From positions 2,152,827-2,216,826 of the forward strand of contig BDGG01000006.1 in assembly GCA_001949185.1 (NCBI GenBank): a stretch of 64,000 nt of DNA. The letters are read 5' to 3'. Below, one piece after another: positions 12,366 to 24,321 of this stretch; the first letter of the stretch is position 1, and each line of letters starts with the position of its first letter. The translations under genes were made by a program, and so were the position numbers. A model generated the notes under the pieces. That model worked only from the letters and a program-made list of their open reading frames with translations. It had not been told where the DNA came from and searched no databases. Origin of the DNA: Ramazzottius varieornatus (lineage: Eukaryota > Animalia > Tardigrada).

Positions 12366-12699
12366 CTTTTGGCCCTATTCCGTCACCAGACACAAGACCA
12401 CATGCGAAATGGACGCGAAGAGCCGGAAGGAAAACTCAGGATGACAGACGCAAATAGGAAAGGCTACGAACGTGATGAAAAGGAAAACAGCTGATCAGCA
12501 CTCAAAGAGGGGTTACCGTTCCGCATGTCGGGCCTTTATGTATTCACGAACGACTGATTGTCTTCACCGTTTTCCTTTGATTGAAACAGAGTACACGTAT
12601 ATGGACTTTTCCCGTTTTCCACTCGAGGTATACCTGAAAATCTTCCCGTTATCTTACATCCCTCAGCCTGCTTCCACTGTTTCTGTTTGTAGGTAATCC
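12366..12699. promoter_or_regulatory. Probable bidirectional promoter (gephyrin / acidic orphan)
   Basis: Only 334 bp separate the divergent ATGs. Candidate 65-nt 5' UTR intron on + (gt at 12628, ttctgtttgtag ending 12692). Confidence 0.5.
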
Positions 12700-13188
12700 A
12701 TGGCAGAGACGCCGCCCCTCCAGCGATCTCACTCCATTGAGATGCCGTCCCTCCTAGCCGATCTCCCCATTGATAACTCGTCTGTGTTCTCCAAATGCGC
12801 TCTGGACGCTCCGCACAAAGCTCACAAAATCCAGGCTCACTGGGCCCTGTTTGCTCAACCCAAAGATTGCCCTATTCTGAACATCACTTCCAAGCCTACC
12901 ATCGCTCCCTTGGAAGCTCTGATCAAAGCCAAGAACGACGAGAATCGAAAGGAGAACGGCGACGGAAACGATGATGAACCACCAGCTTTGCTGGATGGCG
13001 ACGACTGTGAGAACGAAGAGTCAATGGTCGAGATTGTACCTGATGAAGATGAGGAGATGGACGACGATGAAGACTCAGACGACTCGTCCACATCGCACTT
13101 GGAGGACGGGGAAGATGGTCCACCTCCGTTGGAAGAGAACAGCGACGACTCGCCGCAGCGCGCCACACATCGTCAGTGTCGTCACTGA
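12700..13188 (+). CDS. Uncharacterised 162-aa protein with acidic disordered C-terminal half
   Basis: Single ORF with ccATGG start just after a good splice acceptor. Protein-like composition with a D/E-rich tail (DEDEEMDDDEDSDDS). Head-to-head with gephyrin. No family recognised. Confidence 0.75.
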   Translation: MAETPPLQRSHSIEMPSLLADLPIDNSSVFSKCALDAPHKAHKIQAHWALFAQPKDCPILNITSKPTIAPLEALIKAKNDENRKENGDGNDDEPPALLDGDDCENEESMVEIVPDEDEEMDDDEDSDDSSTSHLEDGEDGPPPLEENSDDSPQRATHRQCRH

Positions 13189-15169
13189 GGCTCAAAACAG
13201 TTGTTCCTTTTTTCGTCTGAACATTCCTAGCCGTGCCCAACGCCAAAGAAATGTCCTGTCTAAATAGTTACAGTTTGCGGAATTATAAGGTCCTTACGTG
13301 TGACTTTGCGGTTTACGACGGACCACCTTTGAACGTTTTGCTACTTTGTATGACGACCTTTAGTGTCTAACTGATGTTGCATGGTACTAGCGGACTTTCG
13401 TCGATTTTTTAATGAGAAAGTCAGTCGCTGTCAGCCTTCTAGAAGATAAGAAAATTTATGGAAGGAAAACAGTGCACTTCAAACTGAGTCGCATCCGGAG
13501 ATGTTCCTGTCTCGACAACGGCGACCTGATCCAGAAAATGTTGGTTAGTTTAAAAGTACATAACTCTTGCTATGTAAGGAAGGAAACAGAGCATGGAAGA
13601 TCAGTCTGCAGAATTTTAGAAAGAAGGTTTCCGGAAAAGCCGGGTGGTGCTCAGCAGTGTCTGAGGTGCGCGAGTTTAGTGAGGTATTCCATTTCTCCTG
13701 TCTCACCGCTTTGACCGACGCTATTGATGTTATATTGGGTAACACTGTTGGAGTGCCTTCTAGATCTAACACCACTCCAGGGTTGAAAAGATTGATGGCC
13801 GAGAAGCCTTGGCCGTTGTGAGACACTCGGTACCTCTGAAAACTCTGATTTCTTAGGGATAAACTTGCAACTCTGAGTTTCCGGAAAAAGAAATCTGACC
13901 AGATCTTTTGCCCGTTTTCGAAGGCATACTCATCTTGTTACTGTTTCTCACACAGCTTGGATGCCTAACTCAACCAGGCGAAGAGCAGTGGTCAATAGAC
14001 TTACCACAGTAGCGAACTGTAGCGAGTTGTTCAGAATTTTGCGATAAATTGAAACTTTTCTAAGAACTGTTGGGAAGAACTGCCATGGGCAGTTTGCTGC
14101 TTATTTGAGAAAAGAGTTGAGGCATCATGTGCGCCAAACTATCCATACGAGGGGAAAGGTAGGAGCATTCCGAAGAGATGAATTTTTAAACTATGGGTAC
14201 AAAGAGCGGCAAAGCCACAGGTCACCTTACACATTTGTATCGTGTTTTGTCATTGTAGCATATCCACAGAAGTTATGTTAATCGTCTCAACTTTCAAGCA
14301 TTCAGTCACTCAGAACCATTGGTGTTTTATTAAGATATTTGTATTGATAGTACGAGTTTTGTACTGCCAGTATGGTCCAACAGTAAATATTAGTTTTTAC
14401 CCGTTCCCGTTCCGTCCGTAGGAGTTAGAAGGAACAAAGCATCTTTCATTCACGATTCCCGAGTTACGACTGAGCGGAGGAAGATCCAGCAGGAAAATTA
14501 GGCTAACGTCAAAAGTTCGTAAAATTGAATCCCGTGCCTGTGAATGAGCACTCAGTCCACCAGAGTGCGTTTGAAATGAGACTCGTTTATCACCTGTCCG
14601 TAAACCGAACGGGCTGCTGCAAAGCACTTGACTGACAATCTCTTCGCAAAGCTGAGGAACGCCAAAACCTAGTGTCTTTTGTCCACGATACTCGGGTTTT
14701 CCAGCTTCGTGAGGTTTGCGGCTCCGAAAAGGCCTGATCGAACGTGACGGAAGGGACTCGAAACTTGATCAGGAAAAAGCTCTTTGCCGGTTCGCGAATG
14801 GTTATTTCGAATTGCAGCACGAGTAGAACGATGAGACTTACAGCACGACCTTAAAGCATGAACGCATTGGGGAACAACTCTATACTTTAAGCCATGTAAA
14901 ATTAATGTTGTCGTTATGGTGAAAAAGCGCAGTCAGCAGTTGGACTTGAATATGATGTTCCCAACAGTGACGTTTGCCTGACATGGCGAATCCAAACCAT
15001 AATAAATCACTGGCATCAGTTAACCGGGCCAGCGCGGCAATAAACCTCGGGTCTATTGCCGTCATGACGTTCCCCGGACGAACCAGGCGCAATCCTCTGC
15101 TACGCATAATTTGAAACTAAGTGATGTTCATCCTAATCGTCTGCGCTTTAAACGCTTCCTATCCATGCA

Positions 15170-16600
15170 CACCGAGTTCTGTTCGATCTCTTTCTTCCGC
15201 TTCCGCGTTTACACTCTTAGTTGTCTGATAAAGAACCATCTCCCGTCTTTCTAAACGATGCCGATTAGCGTCGTTAGCGGAATGAAGTACGTGCAAAGTA
15301 ATATACAGTAGAGTGGTTTTCGTCGAGGTACATGTTTTAACCATTTTGCTGATTCAGTTGTTGGTACTTCTGCCTACCGCTTTTTTAAAATACACATCTG
15401 GTTGTTCCCTGTCATGATATGTGTGCAGTAGTACAGGAAGATGGAACGGTAGTGATGTAACAAAATGCGTACCGGCGCACTGTACACAAGCACGAACTGG
15501 AATATACTGGAGTGGCTGGTGTTTGCTGACATTCCTCCGCGGTGCACTCACTTCCTAAAACAACATGCCAAATGTAGAGCTCTTCGATATCGTGTGTCGA
15601 GTGTTGCCACGACCTGTGATAACTTTGGCTTGTCAGGAAGGGCGCATTAAACTCCTGTACATTGAATCTTGCTGCTGTTAACAGATTATTATTAGGGAGA
15701 TCTTGAATATATTTTAACCGGAAGCCGCGGCGAAACCTACCCGATCCTATATCCATCGTTGATCAAGTATCTTTCCTGAACAAGAGGCTGCTCATTAGGA
15801 TCTGAACCCCGAACAGGCAAGGTTGGAATACGCATTGTGATCGGAATATTGATCTTGGAATGATGTGATTTTCCTTCACTTCCGACCCAAGGTAAATTCT
15901 TCTAGCGGGTAACGATTTCCAGTAATCGCTATTGCGTGTTCCCGGTTACTCATTCACTGGCGAGACCTTGACCGAAAGCTACAGCAGCTAAGTCGAAGGA
16001 GGATTTTGAGCCGCACCCATCAGAATCATTTGAAGACGGCATCTTTTTCGTGCGATGCATATATAACAGAAGATCCTGGAAGTTTGATCGTGTGCGGCCC
16101 ACTGCTGATCACTAAGTCTGGACGTCTTCATCATTTCACTCACTGTGCAGTAGCGAAAGGACAGGTTTTTAGAATCCACTAAAATTACGGTGTGCTCCAG
16201 CTGGGACTGTACTTTCTGACCTGCCGTCTCGGGCCTGCTTTTCACCATCGAGAGCGAGCAACCATACTTTCGGAAGTTTAGGGAAGTGAAGCTCTTCTTC
16301 TCTATTCATAGTATACTGGCATTCAGTCGTAACTGGATGATAATGACAACAGTTGAGATTGCAGTATTGCCAGGTGACACTGTAAACGGAGAGCACTCTT
16401 AAGAACCACGCCCCAACTCTTCGCTTCTTTTCCTCAAACATCCGCAACGTCGAATGAGAAGGAAAATTTGTTTGTCACGGGACACTGTACTGCTAAATCC
16501 TATGATGTGGCTGTTAAATCTCGGATTGACGTGAAAGCCGTCAATATTTGAGGCGAATGTACCGGTAGCTACAGCGAAGACGTTCTTCAAATTCAATGTC
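15170..16600 (-). mobile_element. Possible highly decayed Penelope-like retroelement
   Basis: Minus-strand fragments in the expected order: LSFRYC (cf. WxRYIDD), KSHHSKINIPITMR...ERYLINDGY (cf. HPxHxKxSIP...LxxRGY), YIQDLPN, CVQC, and RLERREMVLYQ (cf. GIY-YIG C-terminus). Many stops and frameshifts; similarity judged by eye only. Confidence 0.4.
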
Positions 16601-18993
16601 AGAGATGAGCGACCTTAAGTGCTTGTGCAAGTCTTGGCTTGAACAGATGCTCCCGCATCCGCATGGTAGTGACGCCCACCCTTCTGCCTTAACGGAGGCA
16701 ACATCACTTTGCATCCTGATTGCTTTCACTCCCGAATGGCATGCACTTCTCTGTTTACCTTTCAGAGAACTTCGATTTTTAGAGTTACTGTATCCGGGTG
16801 TACTCTACATAGCTATGCTAATTCTTTTTCATGTGGTTGGAGAATACGGGCGAGTTTTTTTTGGAGAGCGGGAATTAAGCAACTGTCCTTGCCAAGAAGA
16901 CTCACCAGGTACTCCTTCTAGTTTAGAAACTTTCCATCCCAACACTATTTTTGACTCACCGTAGAATGAAGAACAAAATAATAAAAAAACTGGTCAAGTT
17001 TGAAAACGTCAAGACATCAAGTTGTATCCTAATTATTGGCTGAGCACTGCGTGCTCTATCCCAAATGATTCTCCGTAATCGCACTATGGGATTTCGGGTA
17101 TATCTGCAGTGGATCCAGTCGCATGTTTTGTACAACTGTAACGTTACCGAGGATGAAATTCAAACTGTCTGTTGAGTCAGTAGCCGAGTAGTCTTAAGCT
17201 CAGATCTTGGCATTGCTGCTTCTTTAAATTTGCGAACCGGAAGGCCTTGTGCGTCTTTGGACAAAAGTCGATATGTAATTCTGGTCTTCTGCATGCAAGT
17301 TTGGACAAAGATGGATATGGATATGAATTACCCACAGATTACGCCTTGTTGGCAGAATTCGTGGACAAGGCAGGCACTTGAAAGCGTCCAGTTTCGTGAT
17401 GGATACGCCACTTGGATAGCCAATATCGGCCCACGTGAAGGAGGACTATTTAGCGATTCATATTTATGCCGTGATTGCATGCATGCCCTTGCACTGAAAG
17501 TAGACTTGGGTACTGATAACAAGACTCATTAGCGCGGGGTCTTGACGGGGCTACCAAAGGTTCGATAAATCCTTATTGTTACGACTGGTGACAGATTGAA
17601 ATGCCTGCCCACTAAGCCCCAAGTACCGGAACGGAATATGTTTCACTTCCCTGCTTGCTACGTAGCGCTGTCTTCCAATGGGTACTTTAATGGGCAATGT
17701 CAAGGTCAAGATGCATCTTCCAGTCCGGATAATATTGATGACGGTAAATGGCGCCTGTCAGTGAAGAAGGGCCGCAGTGTGAAATGGAGGCGGATATGAC
17801 AGGCTGTAACCATCCAAGCAGATTTATCACCGAACCAGTAATGGAGAGGTCGCCGGACGCCCATCTTTGATGCGGTAGTTGTATCCAGCTGGAAAAGAGA
17901 TAAAGAGCAAACGCACGGCAGTTGCACACACTACAGCGGAAGTCCTCGTGATATATGCAGGAAGGGAGGATTTAAAACGTAATTAAAGTGCGACCCTTCC
18001 TTGTAAATAGAAGGCGCGTGCCGAACAGAGCTTGCGTTGGCCTTGTTCCTCCGGTTTTGCCCATGTGTTACTGTTTCGATCTTCTTAGACTGTTTTTGTT
18101 TCTCGTATTTTTCTTGTTCTCAGCAGGATGTGCCTGTCTGCGTACAGTAAAACGTTTTCCTGGAACTCTTGCCTGGAAATTAGCCTTCGAGGTTATTCAT
18201 CCAAATGATTCGGCAAAGTGTCCCTGAGAATCGATCAGGTGATAATCACCGTCTCGCGAGATTACATGGGATTAGACGGGATGGGAGGATAAAGGGATAA
18301 TCACTGCAACGATAGACAGAAGCCGTATACGTGTATGTAAGCTCGAGAAGTAAAGGAACCCTTGGCGAATACGGTCAGCCGTCTTTTGCATGATCATGGT
18401 GCGCTGACGCAGCCAAGCGTTCACTGTGGTAGCCTACATCAACGCCTATAAGTTTTGTTTTTGCAAGAATTATTTTTGTTTGTCGTGTTTACGTTGGAAG
18501 CGACATCAACCTCAGACGTTTTTATGAACCATTATTTTGGTTTATATGCCTCTTCAAATACTCTCTGTGCGATAAGTCATCCGTAAATTTGTGAAAGTTT
18601 GCTTTGGCCTCACCGATTGTCAAGGACAGCCCACGAACTAGGCGCCGAAGTACTGTAGAGGGAATTTGGAGACTTAGGCCTGCTGACTGTGAAAATTTTC
18701 TCCCTGGATAGAGGCGCAACTAGGTCATGATTAACTAGAGACGTGATATACGACGGACAGGGCATCAACGTCAAAACTGACCCGGAGGAGCGACAGAACC
18801 AAAAAGGGGCTCCCGGACGTCTTGACCTTGTCCGATCCGCTAAACTTGTTATTGCATCCACAGTATCAAAAGCAACTGAAGTGCTGTTTCATTTGCAGGT
18901 CCCTGTCATCGTTTCGACTCTAAGACAGCAAAACGATGGTCTCTTGATGCACAACAGTTCTTTTAATTCGCATCTCAATCATTCTTCGCCAAA

Positions 18994-21380
18994 ATGACAA
19001 CTGAAATTGTGGGCTCCTTAACGCTCGACATCTTTCCGAAAATGTCCGATGTAAACCACAGCCCAGTCATCGTTCCGTCTCCTATCGAGTCTTTTCATAA
19101 CTTCTCTGGCAATACTTCCAACATGACCGGGATGGATCATTCCTGCCACCCACCGAAATTCCCTTTGCCGGAAGTGGAGCAAGCGATGATTATTTTAGCT
19201 TATGGGCTTGTTAGTTTTATGGCCGTCGTGGGGAATTTCATCGTGTGTTTTATTGTGGTCAGCTTCAAAAACATGCGGAGAACCGAGAACTTCTTCATCT
19301 TCAACTTGGCCCTAGCGGACATTCTCATGGCTTGCTTATGTATTCCATTCTCGTTCATTCCAAGCTTGATCCTGGCGTCCTACCCGTTCGGATGGGTGAT
19401 GTAAGTACAGCCCCAGCTCCCGCACACGAATAAATTTGCATGGATTGGTGTTCGGGAGGCCGGCAAAACAGTTCCGAAACGGCCGTTATCGCAAGTGGCG
19501 CAGTTTTCCTAGTTATTAGTTTCAAGCGTGCGCCACTTCAGATTATGCCTTGTCGAGTTTGACTGTTTTCAAACACGGCGCACGCTTTTATTGTTATTGG
19601 CTGAAAAGGTGCGCAACTTGGAGCAAGGATTGTCCCATGACTGTTCGCCGGCATCTCGTACGCTTTTTTCGTAAATCCCACATTTTGCAGGTGCAAGCTG
19701 ATGAACTATTCGCAAGGTGTGACGGTCTTCGTGGCTTCTTATACACTAGTTGCCATTTCCATGGAACGGTACTACGGCATTGTCCATCCTTTCAAAGCGA
19801 AGATGCGACGTCGGAAAGCAATAGTCGTGATGTGCCTCACATGGGTCCTGGCCTTAATCGTTACGCTCCCCACGGCCATCTTTGCGGAAGTGGTCGATGA
19901 AATTCGCGTCGACGGAACCGCAGCACTACACTGTACAGAGCGTTGGCCGGACCTCTCGAAGAGCGACGGCTCTAGTTATCTCAGTTACGTCTACGGCATG
20001 TTCCTAATGAGTTTTCAATACTTTATTCCCGTGGGAATCATGATCTTTGCGTACTCAACCATTGCTGTCCATGTGTGGAAAATGGAGACACCTGGAGAAG
20101 CGATGAAGGATCGCGACAAGAAACTGAAGGACGAAAAACTTAGGGTACGCAAGACGCAACGTAGTGAAACGATCAGAAGAACAAGATACTGCTTCGTAAC
20201 ATATCGCTGAAGCCACCACTGATTTTGCAATGTTTGTATGGGTACAGCAAAAACATTGAAATCTTGTTTTCGCAGATGACCAAAATGATGGTGGTGGTCG
20301 TGCTGCTGTACATTATTTCCTGGTTACCCATAAACGTGTACAACGTTATCGCTGACCAATATTCCGGCATAATGTACTGCTATCAGTACATCCATTACAT
20401 CTGGTTCGTCTGCCACTGGTAAGACAGATTTTCCAGTACGAATTCCTTCTTGAATACTGGGATCTGAAAGCAGACACCTGTCATGAAGTCATCCATGTTA
20501 GAGATAGATCTGAACAGCAGCTTGATCTGGATTTGAAAATTTTGACAGCTCGGATCCTGCTGTTGTTAATCACCCTTTTTTACTTTGACAGGTTGGCCAT
20601 GAGTCATGCAACTTATAATCCCATCATTTATTTCTGGATGAACTCCAAGGTTGGTGACATAGCTTCTACGTACCCTCCTAATGCTCGACTTACATATTCG
20701 CATCCTTTCTCTCTGCATATATGTGTGCCCTGCTTTTCCCATATACTCATTTGTAACCACTAGTATCCCGTAATCACTAGAAAGCTTCCGGGATTTGGTT
20801 GATACTGATAGCATGTACGGAAACGATTAACCATAACGTAAACACGTAAAAACACAGTGCAGACCACACACTGCCAGTCCCGTACTCATCGTTTGGTGAC
20901 TCGTCAAGGAGAAATTAAGGAAGTCTATTTAGATTTTAAGTACCGGCATTCAAAGTGTTTAACTTTTAGTTCCGGGCTGGATTTATTTACGTACTCAACA
21001 TAATCTTCCGCTGGCGGAAGTTACCACATGAGTGGCTTGTGGAGCACAAGCTGGTTGGAGGATATACTCTGAGCACAAAGCGGTTTTCTACGGTGCTCAA
21101 CAAGCACGACAGCACGTCGACCGCATTCACATCCCAGCTGTCCACGAGAAGCGGGTTAGGAGCGAAAAACTCTCAAGCAAGCCAAGAGTTTCAGGCCAGC
21201 ATCAAGAAGACCGGAAGTGGCAATCGACGGAACACCGAAGAAAGATATCAAAATGCATGCGGGCAAAGAAGTCCACTGAAGGAAGCTCGACCACTGCTGG
21301 CCAGCTCTGCGTCAAGCAACGGGACCAACAGTACGTCCGCCAATGGGTCCTCGCCAGAGGGCGCTCCAAGAAATACTTGA
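18994..21380 (+). CDS. Rhodopsin-class neuropeptide GPCR, RYamide/luqin (NPY-like) receptor type, ~490 aa
   Basis: Exons 18994-19400, 19691-20144, 20276-20418, 20592-20649 and 20970-21380 (1473 nt, phases consistent). Motifs GN (TM1), NLALAD (TM2), ISMERY (TM3), SWLP (TM6) and WLAMSHATYNPIIYFWMNSKFRAGF (TM7/H8). ICL3 ETPGEA...RD is typical of RYamide receptors. N-terminal glycosylation sequons present. Confidence 0.93.
19453..19658. mobile_element. MITE in GPCR intron 1 (double-hairpin family)
   Basis: Terminal inverted repeats cgggaggccggcaaaacagt / actgttcgccggcatctcg, followed by TA. Two internal palindromic units ggcgca...tgcgcc. Confidence 0.7.
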
Positions 21381-21724
21381 ATCTCCAATACTGCAGACCC
21401 CGAATGTCTCCCATACTCATCTGGTTCTTTTTTGGTCATGAGCACATCATATACACAAATAATATCAAGTTGAGAAAATACGGAATGTTAATTGATGGTC
21501 TGCTGTAGTATTCTACACAACCTTTTGAGCAATTACCGAGAAAAAACCACGGAGGAATCATAAACAACACTGTACAATCGAGAAGCCCTTGTCAAAAAAC
21601 TCAAAAGACTGGTTGGAACGTAAGGCAACAGCTTTAAGGTAAGGTCATACGCTGGTACGGTATTATCAGTAGAGCAAAGGCAACCCAGATGTGCAAATTT
21701 AACAAAAAAATTTCGAAACGGTGT

Positions 21725-23608
21725 TCAGTTTATCCCAACCATCACCTGATGGGTGCACAACTTTTCCATGATCTGTAAGACATTCGAGTACGATTCAATA
21801 GAGTCGACTGATGTTGAGTTTGCAATGTTTTCACCTACCTGAGTCAAGCGCTCGCTTGATATGCCGTCCATGCAGGCGTTAGCAAAGAACCGCGGTGCCG
21901 TGAATAACGCGAACTCGTTCTGCATAAGGGACGACAAGAAGTAAATATAGAAATGGAATGAATTGTCCATACTCAATGAGGAAAATAAAAGGCATTTACT
22001 TTGGCCAAGGAGAAGCAGTTCTTGCTAAAGTACTTGTTAGCCTCGTCCAGGCATTCATAAGCATCTGGCTTTACGGAACGTCGGCGCCTTATCAAGGACA
22101 TGGCGTGTGCTAAATCGCTGGCTATGGTTGCCGCTATTTGCTGAACGATGCCCATCACAAAGGAACGCATCTAAAGTTATTCTTCGTTAGAAAAGTTGGG
22201 ATGAAAACTTGAACGAAGTCAAACTTGCCTTTTCGGAGTGCTCTATTTTCGCAATCCAGAAGTCTTTCTCTTCCGGGCTGCTGGACTTTTCAACCTTCTT
22301 TTGAAGGAGCTTCAAGTAGACTTCCTCTGACGGGATAGCGTCGGTTTTGCTGGCTGTTGGTGGAGGAACGAATGACTCGGCCTTCTTCTTACCGAAGAAC
22401 TCGGCGAGGAACATCTTGCTGATTTGCATATCGCCGAACTCTTGGACATGTGACGTGTTGGTTTCTTCCTTGACCACCTTGTACTGTGTCTGGATGGTTT
22501 CGTCCGCTGGGTTCTGGTTGTCAGTATCTTCCATCCAGTTGACGCTGTACACATCGCCTATGGCAAAGATTAGAATAAATGCAGCAGTGGTAATTCCATC
22601 TATCAAGAGATCTTTGGTGATCTTACCCAGATACGTTTGCCGGAGATTGTCAAAGTAACATGCGTATGATGACTAGCAAAACGCACAGTTTGTAACCATG
22701 TCATTGCGAGGTCGAAGCAACTGAATTACCAACCTCATCAGAGTTGGCGGCGGTTGTAGCAAACACGCTGATATTTTTCGGCAGAAGTCCTTCGAACATG
22801 GAGCCCGATTCGCAGGCTTCGAAGTACAGCAACATTTTTCCATAACGCTTCTCTTTGTGCATCTTCATGACAGTCTTCATGAAGTCCAGCGCTGACAGCT
22901 CGTCTTCGGGAAAAGCTACGAGGCCTGGCGCGCCGTGATCAACAAAATTCACGAACACGTGGTCGTTTGGTCCGCTTTCTATCACTCTTCCTGAACCGAT
23001 TTTCTGGCAACACACAACACAGATATGGTACTGATAGAATATAACATTTACTATAGAAAGATACCTTCATCGCTTTGGCGTTGCCGCTAAGAATATTCAG
23101 GAAGTTCTTTGACGTTACCGTGTGTCGGATGTAGTCTTTTGGAATACCCTGCAAAGTCAGACGGCCAATAAAATATAAAAGGAATGATTCAGTAGGTTTA
23201 GAAGTCAGTTTACGTTATAAACGTCTGATCCGTTTGGGTGGTTGATAACAATTCCAGGCGTCGGATTTCTGCACAAGAATGGAGTGAGACACATTCAAAA
23301 GCCGAAAGTAGAGAAAACTGGACTTACTCGGTATTGTTAGCGATGTCATCATAGTGCATGATGATGATTTGGGATTCAGGGACACCATGGCTTTTCACGA
23401 TATGGTAGGCATGGTAGGCGTCGGACTGGTGCCGGTAGTTGTAGTATCCATTCGATCCCGCTACGATCAACACCCACAGTTTCGGAGCATTACGTCCATC
23501 AACCGAAGCACCTTGGATCAAGACAGAGTCGTTAACGGATGGGGGGAAGATAACGGCGGAAACAACGCCGAGGACAGTCAGTAAAAACCACCGAAGCGAT
23601 CGGAACAT
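21725..23608 (-). CDS. LGMN: Legumain / asparaginyl endopeptidase (peptidase C13), ~454 aa
   Basis: Exons 23608-23328, 23268-23214, 23148-23065, 23003-22734, 22672-22627, 22557-22229, 22170-22000, 21919-21839 and 21772-21725 (1365 nt). Signal peptide, [15 protein letters not shown], catalytic DHG and [26 protein letters not shown], and a Cys-containing C-terminal prodomain. Confidence 0.96.
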
Positions 23609-24321
23609 TTTTCCGGTGAACTTATTGGCAGAGAAAATTCAAAAAGTACGAAGACGAAGGGGTAGTTTGCATACCGTGAATATGGGGGAAGAAAACTGCA
23701 ATTTTGAAAAGCTACCAGATGAGTTTGAACTGTCATGTCGATCGGTCGTTCTATTTTTGCTGACAGCAGCAAAAGAGGAGAGCACGCGCTATGCGGTAAT
23801 GCTTTGACAATGTGGTGAACGATAATGTGAGTTCATTGCTTGTTTTGGTTCACTGTGGCACATCGATATCCAACCACGTGCCAATCTCCCGAGAAAGTGG
23901 GTTAACGACCACGTGATGTCTTTGTTATGAGCGGAAGTCATGGCGAGCATGGACGAACCGCGTGTTGTCAGAGTTCGTTGCTGACTGACAGACTGAATGA
24001 AATCGTGTTACGATCAACTGCAGATACGGCGGACAGAGTAAGAACTTACGAAGCAATCTTATCGCAGGTTTTACTATCGAAGCGTGCTGGTAACTTTCGA
24101 TTGACTTGCAGCCCACATTGCTGAAACTACAAGCTGAAGAAAGAAGACAAGGGAATTATTTGATATCCTCTTGTCGTGCTTCCACTACAACGAAAAAATT
24201 CACAATATAAATTAAAGATTAGGAGGCAAAGTTTAGAAGAGATGGTGTTTACTCGCACCAACAAGGAGTAAAAATGTGTTGGCTTTCCTGTGGGCAGCAG
24301 TTATAAGTTCAGATATTTTTA

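Noticed and set aside
13412-15107. Short ORFs between the acidic gene and the Penelope-like region
   Set aside because: No motif I could assign; possibly decayed repeats.
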